DNA from: Bacillota bacterium
Lineage (GTDB): Bacteria; Bacillota; Clostridia; Lachnospirales; Anaerotignaceae
NCBI GenBank assembly: GCA_017534115.1
Contig: JAFWDD010000065.1
Coordinates: forward strand, 2,142 to 66,141
DNA: 64,000 nucleotides
Reading direction: 5' to 3'
Part shown: positions 1-10,600 of the stretch, in pieces
How the letters are laid out: each line of letters starts with the position of its first letter
Numbering within the stretch: position 1 is the first letter of the stretch
Made by a program: the position numbers and the translations under genes
The notes under the pieces: model-generated
Told to the model about the DNA's origin: nothing
Databases searched by the model: none
The model's input: only the letters and a program-made list of their open reading frames with translations

Positions 1-2
1 CT

Positions 3-896
3 TCAGCATCGTTTTCGCAAATGACCGGACTGTGACATTTCACTGACAATTGCCGCACCGAGAATCAAAATCGTTCCAATCAGGCTGTTGAGTGAAAAGC
101 CTTCCCGCAGAATCAGCACAGAGCACAAGACTGCGACAATAGGATCGATATATCCAAGCATTGAAACAGTTTGTCCGCTCAAATGGTCCATAGCGCCAAA
201 ATACAAAAGATAAATCACGCCCGTATGTACAATACCCACTATAAGCAGCAGAATAAGGCTCTGACCCTGAAATCCTGCCGGAGTCACCGATGCCGTCAGC
301 AGAGAATACGGAATCATGACAACTCCTGCCGCAAATAACTGGACGGCTGTTCGTTCGTAGGATGAAACCTCATGGATACGTTTGTTCAGAATCATCAGTG
401 CCGCATAGAAAACTGCCGCCGCCAGCGCATATAAAACGCCCTTCATCTCCGAAAGCTGAGGCAGACCGTTTCCGGCCACACCGGACACAAAAATCATTCC
501 TATAAAAGCTATCACAACGCATACGATCTTTACGGGTGTCAGTCTTTCCTTCAAAAACAAAGGAGACGTCAGAATAACTATAACGGGCGCCAGATAATAA
601 CAAAGCGTTGCGGTTGCTACTGTGGTATAGCGGTAAGCCTCAAAAAGAAACATCCAGTTTATGCCCAGAACGGCGCCGGATATGAACAGTATGGCCAGCT
701 TCTTTCCGGATGCGCCAATATGGATCCGCTGACCGCGAAGACAGGTGAACGCAAGAAGAAAGGCCACCCCGAGAAAGCCTCTCGCCATGGCAATTATACC
801 GCTCGGCAGAGCTATCCCGCGGACAAAAACTCCAATCGTTCCGGAAAGAGCAATTGCTATGATGAAGTTGATTCGGGCTTGGTTATTCTTTTCCAT
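3..896 (-). CDS. EamA/DMT-family permease
   Basis: The ~297-aa product is very hydrophobic and shows the duplicated multi-TM EamA pattern. I moved the start to ATG 896 (MEKNNQ...) because AAAGGAG lies 7 nt upstream. Stop TGA is at 3-5. Confidence 0.8.
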   Translation of the reverse strand: MEKNNQARINFIIAIALSGTIGVFVRGIALPSGIIAMARGFLGVAFLLAFTCLRGQRIHIGASGKKLAILFISGAVLGINWMFLFEAYRYTTVATATLCYYLAPVIVILTSPLFLKERLTPVKIVCVVIAFIGMIFVSGVAGNGLPQLSEMKGVLYALAAAVFYAALMILNKRIHEVSSYERTAVQLFAAGVVMIPYSLLTASVTPAGFQGQSLILLLIVGIVHTGVIYLLYFGAMDHLSGQTVSMLGYIDPIVAVLCSVLILREGFSLNSLIGTILILGAAIVSEMSQSGHLRKRC

Positions 897-1024
897 AAAA
901 AACTCCTTTTTAAAACTCATTTTCCTTTCAAGAACTATTATACCTGTGTTTGGCGCATTACACAATGTATCGGGAATCAGGGATAACATTTTCCCCTGTT
1001 CCGTTCAGGAACTACAAAAACATT

Positions 1025-2431
1025 TCAGGCTTTATGCCCACCGATCTGCTGATTTCGCTCCAATGCCGTTGCGCCTTCCAGAAGATTCATGCCCTTGAAA
1101 ACCGCGTTCGGCCCGAATCTTCTGCGGGCTTTGAGCATGGCGCCCTGCAGTCTTCTGTCACGCTCCAAAGCCTCGTAATCAGTAAACATATTCAGCTGAA
1201 ACACGCCCATATCCGTTTGAACATCATTGGCGCAAACTCCCAGTCTGCGGTAAAGAAGGCGACGGTCAGTTTTATCGTCAAACTGCTTCAGAAGCGGCTT
1301 TGTTATGACATGAAGATTGTTGGTCAGATTGGCAAATCTTGCCGTTCCTTTGCTGTGTTTCGGATGAACTCTGCCGTAGAAATCCAGAGCCAGCGGCCCG
1401 TCATACTGCGGGCAGGCATCCAGACTTTTGCTGTCATAAATCACCCACCACGAACAGCAGGACGAAACAAGATTTTTCGAAAACATGTCCATGCACAGAG
1501 CTTCTATCATTTCCTGGAACACAAGTCTCGCTTCCTCATATTTATAGGGTCTTGGAAGGACCTGTCCGTTGCTGAGACTGTGGTTTTTGCTTCGGTAGGA
1601 CTTGATATCCTTCATGGTGACAGGCTCGATTCCCCATGCGTGGTCAATGAGAATCTCTCCGTCGATGCCAAAATTTCTGTAAAAAAACTCCTCGTCCCAC
1701 TGGGTCCGCGCCGCAACATCACCCATGGTGAACATGTAAGCGTTTTGAAGACGTCTCGCCTTTCCACGGCCTATCTGCCAGAAATCCGTCAGCGGCTTGT
1801 GATCCCAAAGCAAAAACTTGTAGGAATCCTCATTAAGCTCCGCAATACGGACGCCATCCTTGTCCGCAGGCGATTTTTTTGCCACAATATCCATGGCCAC
1901 CTTAGCAAGATACAGATTTGTGCCGATTCCCACAGTCGCCGTAATACCAGTAGTTTTCAGCACATCCCGAATCATAGTCATGGCCATGACATGAGCCGGA
2001 TTTTCGCCCGTCAGCTCAGCTTCCTTTTGGTACGCGTGAAGATATCCCGTACAGTCGATGAAACACTCGTCAATTGAGTACACATGCACATCCTCAGGCG
2101 CAACATAACGCAGATAAATCCCGTAGATCTGAGCGGAGATCTTTTCGTACTCAAGCATCCGCGGAACAGCAATAATATAGTCGATCTTCATATGATGATG
2201 CTGTTCATATTCCCGAATTTTCTGCTTCGCCTCAAAAAGCCTCGGTCTTGCCGGAACGCCTTTTTCCTTCAGCGCAGGCGATACCGCCAGACATATAGTT
2301 TTGTCCGAGCGTGAAGGGTCTGCCACAAGGAGATTTGCCTTCAGCGGATCCAGTCCCCGATGGACACATTCCACTGAAGCGTAATATGATTTCAAATCTA
2401 TACAAATGTAAGTTCTTTCGTTTTTTTCCAA
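1025..2431 (-). CDS. Y-family translesion DNA polymerase (UmuC/DinB-like)
   Basis: The N-terminus reads YICIDLKSYYASVEC...SIDECFIDCTGY, typical of the Y-family palm domain. TTG start with GGGGAGGG 6 nt upstream. It lies directly downstream of the LexA-like gene. Confidence 0.85.
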   Translation of the reverse strand: MEKNERTYICIDLKSYYASVECVHRGLDPLKANLLVADPSRSDKTICLAVSPALKEKGVPARPRLFEAKQKIREYEQHHHMKIDYIIAVPRMLEYEKISAQIYGIYLRYVAPEDVHVYSIDECFIDCTGYLHAYQKEAELTGENPAHVMAMTMIRDVLKTTGITATVGIGTNLYLAKVAMDIVAKKSPADKDGVRIAELNEDSYKFLLWDHKPLTDFWQIGRGKARRLQNAYMFTMGDVAARTQWDEEFFYRNFGIDGEILIDHAWGIEPVTMKDIKSYRSKNHSLSNGQVLPRPYKYEEARLVFQEMIEALCMDMFSKNLVSSCCSWWVIYDSKSLDACPQYDGPLALDFYGRVHPKHSKGTARFANLTNNLHVITKPLLKQFDDKTDRRLLYRRLGVCANDVQTDMGVFQLNMFTDYEALERDRRLQGAMLKARRRFGPNAVFKGMNLLEGATALERNQQIGGHKA

Positions 2432-2461
2432 CTTAAACCCTCCCCTCGGTTCAGCTGATTT

Positions 2462-3076
2462 TTAAAGATTTTTAATTACTCTGCGGGCAACGCCCTGAAC
2501 CTGAAAGCTTTTCACCTTTATGACCTCCCCCGGATACTTGGCTTCATTGGCATACGCTAAAATATAGCATTTTTCCTTTCTGTTATAGCCGTCATAGCGT
2601 TTCAGAGTATTCTCGTTGTCAGCTCCAAGAGCAACAACTATATCGCCTTTGGACGCGGGACAGTTGCGCTCTATAACAAGCAGGTCGCCCTCATCTATGC
2701 CGGCGTCTGTCATGGAATCGCCTTTAGCACGAAGGATGTAAATGTCGCCCTTGCCGAATACGGAAACAGGCAGACTGACGTACTCCTCAACATACTCCTG
2801 CTCCTCTTCCAGAGAGCCGCATCGGATGGAGCCCACAAGGGGTACAGATATATAGGAAGACTTCATTTTCGCACTTTTAGGCGCCGAAAGAATTCCTCTG
2901 CCGTAATCAAGAAGTCCCCGCTCGCTCAGCTCCTGCAGATACCGGTGCGTAGTAGACCTTGCAACGTTTACGCCCTCCGATACCTCGGATATGGTGGGAG
3001 CCGTGCGGTTGGTCTGGTAGTATTTATTCACAAATTTCAATATTTCATCCATGGTTTTCTGGTTCATGGTCCTCAT
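2462..3076 (-). CDS. LexA-like repressor with S24 autopeptidase domain
   Basis: N-terminal winged-HTH (ISEVSEGVNVARSTTHRYLQELSERGLL). The C-terminal S24 domain carries the GDSM serine and the LKRY lysine. Start placed at ATG 3076 (MRTMNQ), with GGAGG 8 nt upstream. Confidence 0.8.
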   Translation of the reverse strand: MRTMNQKTMDEILKFVNKYYQTNRTAPTISEVSEGVNVARSTTHRYLQELSERGLLDYGRGILSAPKSAKMKSSYISVPLVGSIRCGSLEEEQEYVEEYVSLPVSVFGKGDIYILRAKGDSMTDAGIDEGDLLVIERNCPASKGDIVVALGADNENTLKRYDGYNRKEKCYILAYANEAKYPGEVIKVKSFQVQGVARRVIKNL

Positions 3077-3099
3077 AGAGGTCACCTCCGTTTCTTAAT

Positions 3100-3151
3100 G
3101 GGATTTAAAATCCCGTTATGATTATTATACTCGGTTTTGGGAAAATTGCAA
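3100..3151 (-). promoter_or_regulatory. Sigma-A-type promoter with palindromic operator for the LexA-like/polymerase operon
   Basis: On the minus strand the promoter reads TTGCAA (3146-3151), 16 nt spacer, TATAAT (3124-3129). Just downstream, at 3100-3114, is an inverted repeat GGGATTT-N1-AAATCCC in the position expected for a repressor operator. Confidence 0.55.
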
Positions 3152-3382
3152 GGAGAAATAAAAATCGGAGCTCCAATATTGCTCAGAACCCCGGTTTTGT
3201 TACACTTCAGCTTATCTTTTAAAACCCAAAGCATATTTCTCTTTTGTCAAAAATTTGTTTACTATTACTATGTACTCTCCTAATAACTCCTGTTCTTTTT
3301 GAAATTCAGTTATTTATGAAGCTATAAAGATTTTTATATATTTAATATATAGCCCCATTGAACTGATCCCCAAAAGTTAGAT

Positions 3383-3474
3383 AAAATATGTAATCACTAA
3401 ATGCATCTTTCCCCGAAACTCAACACAGCAAAACAGAACTTTTCCGACTGTGTCAACGTTTTATGTGACATGTC
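3383..3474 (+). repeat. 92-bp dispersed repeat 'T', copy A
   Basis: It differs from 28308-28399 at about 5 of 92 positions in my hand alignment, in the same orientation. It abuts a truncated recombinase ORF. Confidence 0.85.
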
Positions 3475-3632
3475 CGGTCTCTGTACTCATAGTAATCCAC
3501 CTTGCAATCCGGAAATTTGTGCGCAAGATAACTCTTTATGATTTTTCTCTGATTCTCTATGGACGTATTGTCCCTGTCCTTTTCTGTATCAATGGAAATA
3601 CGCATATATACCGCAATTCTTTTTCTACTCAA
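3475..3632 (-). pseudogene. N-terminal fragment of a serine recombinase
   Basis: The minus-strand translation SRKRIAVYMRISIDTEKDRDNTSIENQRKIIKSYLAHKFPDCKVDYYEYRD matches the resolvase/large-serine-recombinase N-terminus (YxRxS catalytic-serine context). Homology stops where repeat T begins, and a stop codon follows a few codons later. Confidence 0.5.
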
Positions 3633-4157
3633 AATTCATTACGCCAATGTTGATTTATTCTTGGTTTTTATGCTTCTTTTATTTTGTAACATACTTTCCC
3701 TTTAAATTTAATTTTGTAAAACTGTTTGATTCTGGAAGTCTATGTATGACGGAAAATTATCTTTCTGCCTGATAATACGCTTATATGTGCTCCTTTTCAC
3801 TGACCTCCAGAATCAAATATACTCACCTCCCTCTTCCATATTTTTCCTGATTTTCTCCTTGAATATTCACTAATTTCAAACAAAACAATTATCTTTTTAT
3901 TTCTGCCTTTTTTTTCAATCTAAAGCACAAAATCTGCATTACGGTTCCCGTTAACCAGTTTACTGAGGCTATACTCTCCCATACCGAAATACTCATTTTT
4001 TATTTTTTCTACAAATCACCGTTTTTCTGCTGTTTGTTTATAATTAATAATATACGCTTGTTTTCTCATTCATATAGCCATGCCTATAATAAATCTTATT
4101 ATTATCTGCATCTCTGTAAAAACCAATAAAAACTTAGATGACTATAGCTTAACCCAA

Positions 4158-4490
4158 TAAAAGCCTCGCCATCATCTTGTAAAACACATAACAATAACGG
4201 AACTTCTATGTATTATTCCGTTATACGCCGCGTCCGCCTTCCAAAGTTCGCGGCTGCAGCCTAACCGCTGTCATAAAGTTTCATTTTATGTTTTCACAGT
4301 TGGACAAAATCTGTAAAATACCTGTATTTTAGAGTTTCCCGTTCTTATCTCTTTTCACAAACGTCCGTCTCACTTAATATTTCCTGTAATTTCATTTATT
4401 TATGCTTCTTTAGTTTTTGTATGCTACTATGTCTTATAATAAAACTAAGTTATTCGTTTTCATGAATATTATTTAATATAATAAATGTAA
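4158..4490 (-). repeat. Composite 'R-S' repeat, diverged copy A
   Basis: It aligns along its length with 47947-48273. Shared strings include GATTTTGTCCAACTG, CTTTATGACAGCGGT.AGGCTGCAGCCGCGAAC and ATTCGTTTTC. Identity is clearly lower than between copies D and E. Confidence 0.6.
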
Positions 4491-4714
4491 TATAGTTAAA
4501 AAATCACAAGCCTCCAGAATTAATAATGTTGTTCTTTATGAACATAATTTATATAAATAACTGTATTCAAAATCTTTTATAAATCAGATTTCCTTTATTA
4601 AGTTTTGTCAACTTGAAAAATTTTAAATTTTTAAGTATAATAATAAACGAGTTTTAATATTTTGAAAAATAAATTTATATGTGTTTTTATATAAATAGTT
4701 TATAAAAAAAGGAG

Positions 4715-6031
4715 ATGTGTTTTGTGGAGACTTTCTCGCTCACTCCAAGAAATACTTATATCAGAAAAATATTTTCTTTATTAAATAACGAAAATCTCCT
4801 GTTTATTTTAGGAGTCAGACGTTCAGGAAAAAGCTGTATCGCAAAGCAATTAGAAAAAGAATTGCGAAAAAAATTTGTCAGCGATGAATTTATATTCAGA
4901 TTTAACTTTGAAACAGTTAACTCCGTTAGAATAACAGCTGAAAAGCTTATCGCTTTGTTCGATGAAAATTATAAACCAGAACGGCAGCATTTTATTATTC
5001 TTGATGAAATCACACATGTTGTCGATTGGGAAAACGCCATAAACTACTTCAGCAAACACAAAAATTGCAAACTGATTCTGTTTTCATCTCACAAAAGAAT
5101 CATTTCAAAAAAACTTAATGCTGTCATCAATAATCAGTATGATATTATACACGCGTTGCCTCTTTCCCTTCCTGAATTTATTGAATTTCAAGAGTGTCAT
5201 GAAATAACAGATAAAGATACCCCGCTAAAAGACAAGCTATACTGTAGATTTAAACAAAGAACATATAACATAGATGAGATTTATAAGTATTATATTACTT
5301 ACGGAGGCCTTCCCGTCATGAAACCTGAATATATGGATCTTGAAAGAGCCCATGTGGTCACAGACGGTTCCTATTCTGCAGTTGTGACCCATGATATTTT
5401 GGAAATAGGCAGCTGCAACGGGATAAGCGCTATTACCGATCCGGTTCTGCTCAGATGTGTCATTACAATAATGGCTAAAAGCATAGGCGACAATATATCA
5501 GCAAATGGAATCGCTAAACAGACTGAAGAATATCTAAAACGCTCCTCATCTACAAAAACAATCGAAAGTTATATTCGAGCTCTTATGAACGCACATCTGT
5601 TCTATATAGCAGAACGTTTTGATATCCGCACCGGACAAAAACTGAAAACTCTCGCCAAATACTATATCGTTGACGTAGGCTTTCACAATTACATCACCGG
5701 CATACTTGTTGAAGATGAAAATAGAATACTGGAAAACAAAGTATTTTTCGAATTGATGCGAAGGGGCTATACCGTATATAATGGAAAGCTTGGAAGAGAT
5801 GAAATAAACTTAATCGCCATAGACGGAAATTACAGAGTATACGTACAAGTTACCAACGATTTAAATGAACAGAATATGGATACCATTCTCGGTCCGCTTC
5901 GAAAAATCCGGGATAATCACCCCAAATTGGTAATTGCTTTTGATCAGGAAACAGTTACAACAGATGACGGTATTATTATAATGAATGCTTTAGAATTTCT
6001 CATGGGTCGCTCAAGAGATCGTCAACAATGA
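4715..6031 (+). CDS. AAA+ ATPase (AAA_14/DUF4143-like)
   Basis: Walker A GVRRSGKS and Walker B FIILDEI are present. The length and the C-terminal region resemble the DUF4143 ATPase family. GTG 4724 is an alternative start with better spacing from the AAGGAG. Confidence 0.7.
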   Translation: MCFVETFSLTPRNTYIRKIFSLLNNENLLFILGVRRSGKSCIAKQLEKELRKKFVSDEFIFRFNFETVNSVRITAEKLIALFDENYKPERQHFIILDEITHVVDWENAINYFSKHKNCKLILFSSHKRIISKKLNAVINNQYDIIHALPLSLPEFIEFQECHEITDKDTPLKDKLYCRFKQRTYNIDEIYKYYITYGGLPVMKPEYMDLERAHVVTDGSYSAVVTHDILEIGSCNGISAITDPVLLRCVITIMAKSIGDNISANGIAKQTEEYLKRSSSTKTIESYIRALMNAHLFYIAERFDIRTGQKLKTLAKYYIVDVGFHNYITGILVEDENRILENKVFFELMRRGYTVYNGKLGRDEINLIAIDGNYRVYVQVTNDLNEQNMDTILGPLRKIRDNHPKLVIAFDQETVTTDDGIIIMNALEFLMGRSRDRQQ

Positions 6032-6093
6032 CCCCCCAAAAAATCCAGTTTAGCACTGAATTTTAAAAACCGAATTATATAATAAAATCATTA

Positions 6094-6126
6094 ATGCTGA
6101 GAAACCCCTTTCTCGGCATTTTTTAT
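6094..6126 (+). terminator. Rho-independent terminator
   Basis: An 11-bp stem ATGCTGAGAAA/TTTCTCGGCAT (one G-U pair) with a CCCC loop is followed by TTTTTT. Confidence 0.8.
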
Positions 6127-6535
6127 TGCCCCTTCACCACATACATTTTTTGCTTTCACAACATATCTTTTCTAATTTTTACATATTTTTTTCTTATATT
6201 ACAAATTTTTGCACTTTTATCCACAAAATATCTTGAAAACCATTTTAATGTATGATATACTATGATAAATTTGTTTCCTGAATAACAAATATATCTAATA
6301 TAATATATATATTTAACATTTAAAACAAATATGTGACCATTTTATCTATCATTTTCTTTTGATATATCAAATGCATCTATATTTAGTTCTAAACGCGTGA
6401 TAAATAGAAAACACAATATTATTTGTACATTATATGAACTACGAACAGGCCAATCACCTATATTAGTCTGTTTTTTATTATATAATACAAAAATGATATT
6501 TTATTAACCAACTTATTAGATTAACGAGGTAAAAA

Positions 6536-6940
6536 ATGTTTGATAAAAACCATATAAAACTAAGCCGCGGCGAGCTTTTAGAGCTGCTTATATCCGAAAG
6601 GGAAAAAAACGAAGAGTTGGAAAGACAGCTTCAGGACGCTCGAAAAGAACTCGCATCTAAGGAAATAAAAATTAATAATGCAGGCTCTATAGCTGAAGCC
6701 GCTTTAGCTCTAAACGGATTATTTGAAGCCGCTGATAAAGCATGCGCTCAATATAAGGAAAACCTTGAGCGACTTTACAAGGAAGAGAAAAAGGCCAAGT
6801 CTTGTCAAAAACTGGAAAAAAATATTCAAATTGTCAAAATTCAGAAAGTTAAAGATACCCCTCAAACAATCGAAAAAAAGAAAATTGGTAAGAAAACTCA
6901 CAAATCAATAATGGATAAATTCAAAGATCTCAGCAAATAA
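6536..6940 (+). CDS. Coiled-coil hypothetical protein with Lys-rich tail
   Basis: ACGAGG lies upstream of the ATG. The sequence is heptad-like and charged (ELLISEREKNEELERQLQDARKELASKE). I recognise no catalytic motif. Confidence 0.55.
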   Translation: MFDKNHIKLSRGELLELLISEREKNEELERQLQDARKELASKEIKINNAGSIAEAALALNGLFEAADKACAQYKENLERLYKEEKKAKSCQKLEKNIQIVKIQKVKDTPQTIEKKKIGKKTHKSIMDKFKDLSK

Positions 6941-7079
6941 ATTCATAGTACTAATTACCGAATTAAAACAAATTCCGGTAATCATGCTGAGTCAAAACGG
7001 TGGAGTACAACAATAATCCCATTACCAGCAGAGTTTGAAAAACCTATTTATACATATTAAAACAGAGAGGATGTGCGTC

Positions 7080-7664
7080 ATGCCTAAAACGCGTTCTTTG
7101 AAGCGCCCATCTGTTGCAGATCTAAAAGAAGAATTAAAGCGCGAAAATTATAAAATTAAATACAATTATCTGCTTCGTGGTACAATTTCTGCTCTTGTCG
7201 TAATTGCTGCCGCTGCTGTTTTGGCTGCCACATTGTTCTTCCCTGTTATGAGAATTTTCGGGAATTCAATGACTCCGACCCTTCATGAAGGAGAAATTGT
7301 TATTGCCGTAAAAAGAAATAATTTTCAGTCAGGTGACATTATTGGATTTTACTATGGTAATAAGCTTTTAGTTAAAAGATATATTGCCGGACCAGGAGAC
7401 TGGGTAAACATTTCTGAAGACGGCACAGTTTTTGTAAATGAAAAGAAGCTTGAAGAACCTTACGTAGATGAAAAATCCTTCGGAGACTGCAACATCAAAT
7501 TGCCATATCAGATTCCTGACGGCAGATACTTTGTGCTGGGCGACCATCGTTCTACTTCAATAGATTCAAGGAATACAACCGTTGGATGTATTGCTGAAGA
7601 ACAAATAGTAGGCACAATCGTTTTTTGCGTATGGCCTTTGTCTGATATAAGGAACATCAATTAA
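7080..7664 (+). CDS. Signal peptidase I (S26), first gene of the pilus operon
   Basis: N-terminal TM segment. Catalytic-Ser box GNSMTPTL, Lys box LVKRYIAGPGD and box E GDHRSTSIDSR are all present. Start moved to ATG 7080, with GAGAGG 9 nt upstream. Confidence 0.85.
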   Translation: MPKTRSLKRPSVADLKEELKRENYKIKYNYLLRGTISALVVIAAAAVLAATLFFPVMRIFGNSMTPTLHEGEIVIAVKRNNFQSGDIIGFYYGNKLLVKRYIAGPGDWVNISEDGTVFVNEKKLEEPYVDEKSFGDCNIKLPYQIPDGRYFVLGDHRSTSIDSRNTTVGCIAEEQIVGTIVFCVWPLSDIRNIN

Positions 7665-7678
7665 GGAGTTATTTTTAT

Positions 7679-10600
7679 ATGAGTAATAAGTTTCATAATA
7701 ATCAGTTTAAATATCGACAACTAAAAACTCGGAAGAAGCACAGGCTATGGACCTTTATGGTTCTCTCCATGGCAGTTATACTCCTAACAGCACACGGCTT
7801 GACCCTTACGGCCATTACCATGCAGACAGTCTGCGGGCAGGAAGCTCATATCCATACAGAGGAATGCTATTCTTCAGAAAGCTCATTTTCTCGCAAACTT
7901 ATCTGCGGAGTTGATAACAGCTCATCATTAGTTGCCCATTACCATGATGATTACTGCTATGACATAGACGGCAGCTTAATGTGCTCTCTCGAGGAAACAG
8001 ATGGACATTTCCATTCAGATGAATGTTACGCATATGATGAAATACTCATATGTGAACTGGACGAATCCGAAGAACACATTCATGATGAATCCTGCTCCGA
8101 GGTAGTACCTCAACTTACCTGCGGATTAGATGAATGCACCGAGACACATCAGCATAGTGCCGACTGCATCTTCGAATCGGAGGATCTTTCCGAACCAGTG
8201 CTCATATGTACCATACCTGAGCATGAACACATACCTGATTGTTATCATGAAAGCACCTCTTCCTGCGGCATAGAAGAACATACGCACAATGATTCATGCT
8301 ATGACGAGGAAGGAAATCTCATATGCGGATTATCGGAACATGTTCACACAGATCTGTGTACGGAACCATACGAAATTCAGAATGAACCTAAGGACGAAAT
8401 AAAAGAAGATCCGGAAAAAACAGAAGAAGAAATACAAGAAATAGAAATCATCCCTAATGAAAATGAAAACTATATTCCTGACCCATATTCAAGATCGGAA
8501 TCTCATACATATGTCGAAAACGCCATTGACAATATTATTTTGACAGGCGTTTACGCCGATGATGTACTTGCAGTGGCTAAAAGCCAGCTTGGGTACAGAG
8601 AAAGCACCACCGATTATATAACAAATGAAAACGGTTATAAGAAAGGGTATACATACTATGGCGAGTGTTATGGATATCCTTACGGCGACTGGTGTGCAAT
8701 GTTCGTATCTTTCTGTCTGGACACTGCGGGAGTACCAAACTATCCGTCCAGTCCAAGCTGTCAGCAATGGATCGAAAAACTGCGTTCCGAAGATGTTTCA
8801 TTGTGGCATCCCGCTTCAGATCCTGACACAAGGGAAAAATACGAGCCTAAGCCCGGTGATTTGATTTTCTATGATTTTGATCTGGACGAACGGTCCGATC
8901 ATGTTGGTATCGTTTCAGAACTGATCGAAGCAGCAGATAATTCCCCTGCTCTTATAAAAACAATTGAGGGAAATTACAGTGATCAAGTTTGTATAGTGAC
9001 TCACGCTCGGTCATATGAAGGGATTATCGGATATGGAGAATTACCCGAAAATCCAGAATTCCTTGAACAATTGGAAAAATCTCCGCTTGACTTGAGAAAA
9101 GCCCTGACACGTTCTGAGTCCGAATTGTTATATGTCATGATTAGCGTGCGAGAGTTGGGAGATGCTACCATAAATATTGAGGGCGCAACATTCATATTGT
9201 ACTACGAAGACGAAGTGCCTTATTTTGTGAATCTTATCTCCGATGAGAATGGGGTTCTTCATGTTTTGAACGGTGACGGGACAGTTGAAGAGGATATCAC
9301 AATGCTGCCTATGGGAAATTACCGTTTAGTGCAGCTCACATCCGATGCTACGCATAAGCCTATACCGACCCCCATCCGCTTTAACATCAGACGAATAGAA
9401 GATATTGCAGTGGAAAACGAATTGATAGATCCGTCTGTTCCAAAAGTCAGCGTTCAGGTCAAAAAAACTTGGGTCGATCAGCCTGATACAAATGTAAATG
9501 CAACAATCCGTTTATATGCAAACGGCGAAGATACCGGTGAAACATATAGTGTCTCTTCCTCCAACCCTGTAACGGAATTCAGTTTTGAAAATCTTCCTAA
9601 GTATGATGAAAACCATGGAAGAATTTCCTACTCCGTAGTCGAAGATGAACTCGATGGATACTATGGCGTAGTTAGAAATCCTTCACAAGGCTATTTTGAA
9701 ATTGATAACTATGAGGGCTTCCAGGTTGGTACCGCCCAAAGCGGGTCTTTATGGGTTGCAACAAGCTCCTATGCCTACCTGGTACAGGTCGATGAAAACA
9801 GCTCTGTCAGCTGCGGCAATCAACTGACGCTAATGTCCGATGCATATGCACCAAGCGGATTTGCAAACAGTTATTATGGCCACGGAATAGCCTATTGGAC
9901 AGACGGTACGGATGAGTATCTTTTTGCCATAAACAATTATAAGCAGATGGTCGTAGTAACCGACCCGTCAACGACAACGACGATTGCCGGCCGGAACAAC
10001 ACTAATCGTTCATTCTTAAGCATAACCGGAGTTAACGGCGATCTTACCCACACCTTAGAATGCTCGTCTGACGGTCAATATCTCATGCTGAAAGCCGGCA
10101 GCGGATCAACTATCTATATGATCCCGATCACCAAGGCGCTTTCCATTCCCAATGGCAGCTCATTAAATGTCAATGATCCCGACGTTATTAAAATCAACGC
10201 CACCTATACGGAAGGAAACAGACGAGTTTTTTGCGATGGCGATATTGTTCAGCTGCCAAGCGGTGACCTGCTGTTTACGGGGTATATGAGCAATTCTCTT
10301 TATACCGGCTCTCGCTCTCAGCTATTCCTGATTCCCAAGACAGGAAACGGATGGGGACCTTGTCAGTGTGTCGGCGAGATTGAAAATATTGCCACACTGA
10401 ATACAGGCAGTATGCTGTACAGAGGCGAGACGGATGGTTTGGCAATGTACGGAGGAAAGCTGTATTTTACCTCTTCATATACAACTGCACAGGGTCCGTT
10501 TTATGTCTATCCTCTGTCCCAACTGCCACAGGCGGGGAATCCAAGCAACACAGTTTATACAGTGGATACTGCAGGGGGTATCTCTTTGCCGTCATCAGTA

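Noticed and set aside
950-2077. 375-aa plus-strand ORF
   Set aside because: It lies entirely antisense to the Y-family polymerase gene, which has clear family motifs. It has no RBS or recognisable motif, so it is a shadow ORF.
3186-3197. SOS (Cheo) box upstream of the LexA-like gene
   Set aside because: It is only GAAC-N4-GTTT, lies about 110 bp from the start codon and outside the predicted promoter. That is too weak to call.
3450-3653. 67-aa plus-strand ORF; likewise 28326-28589 (87 aa)
   Set aside because: Both run antisense across repeat T and the truncated recombinase or AbrB fragments. They are explained by those fragments.
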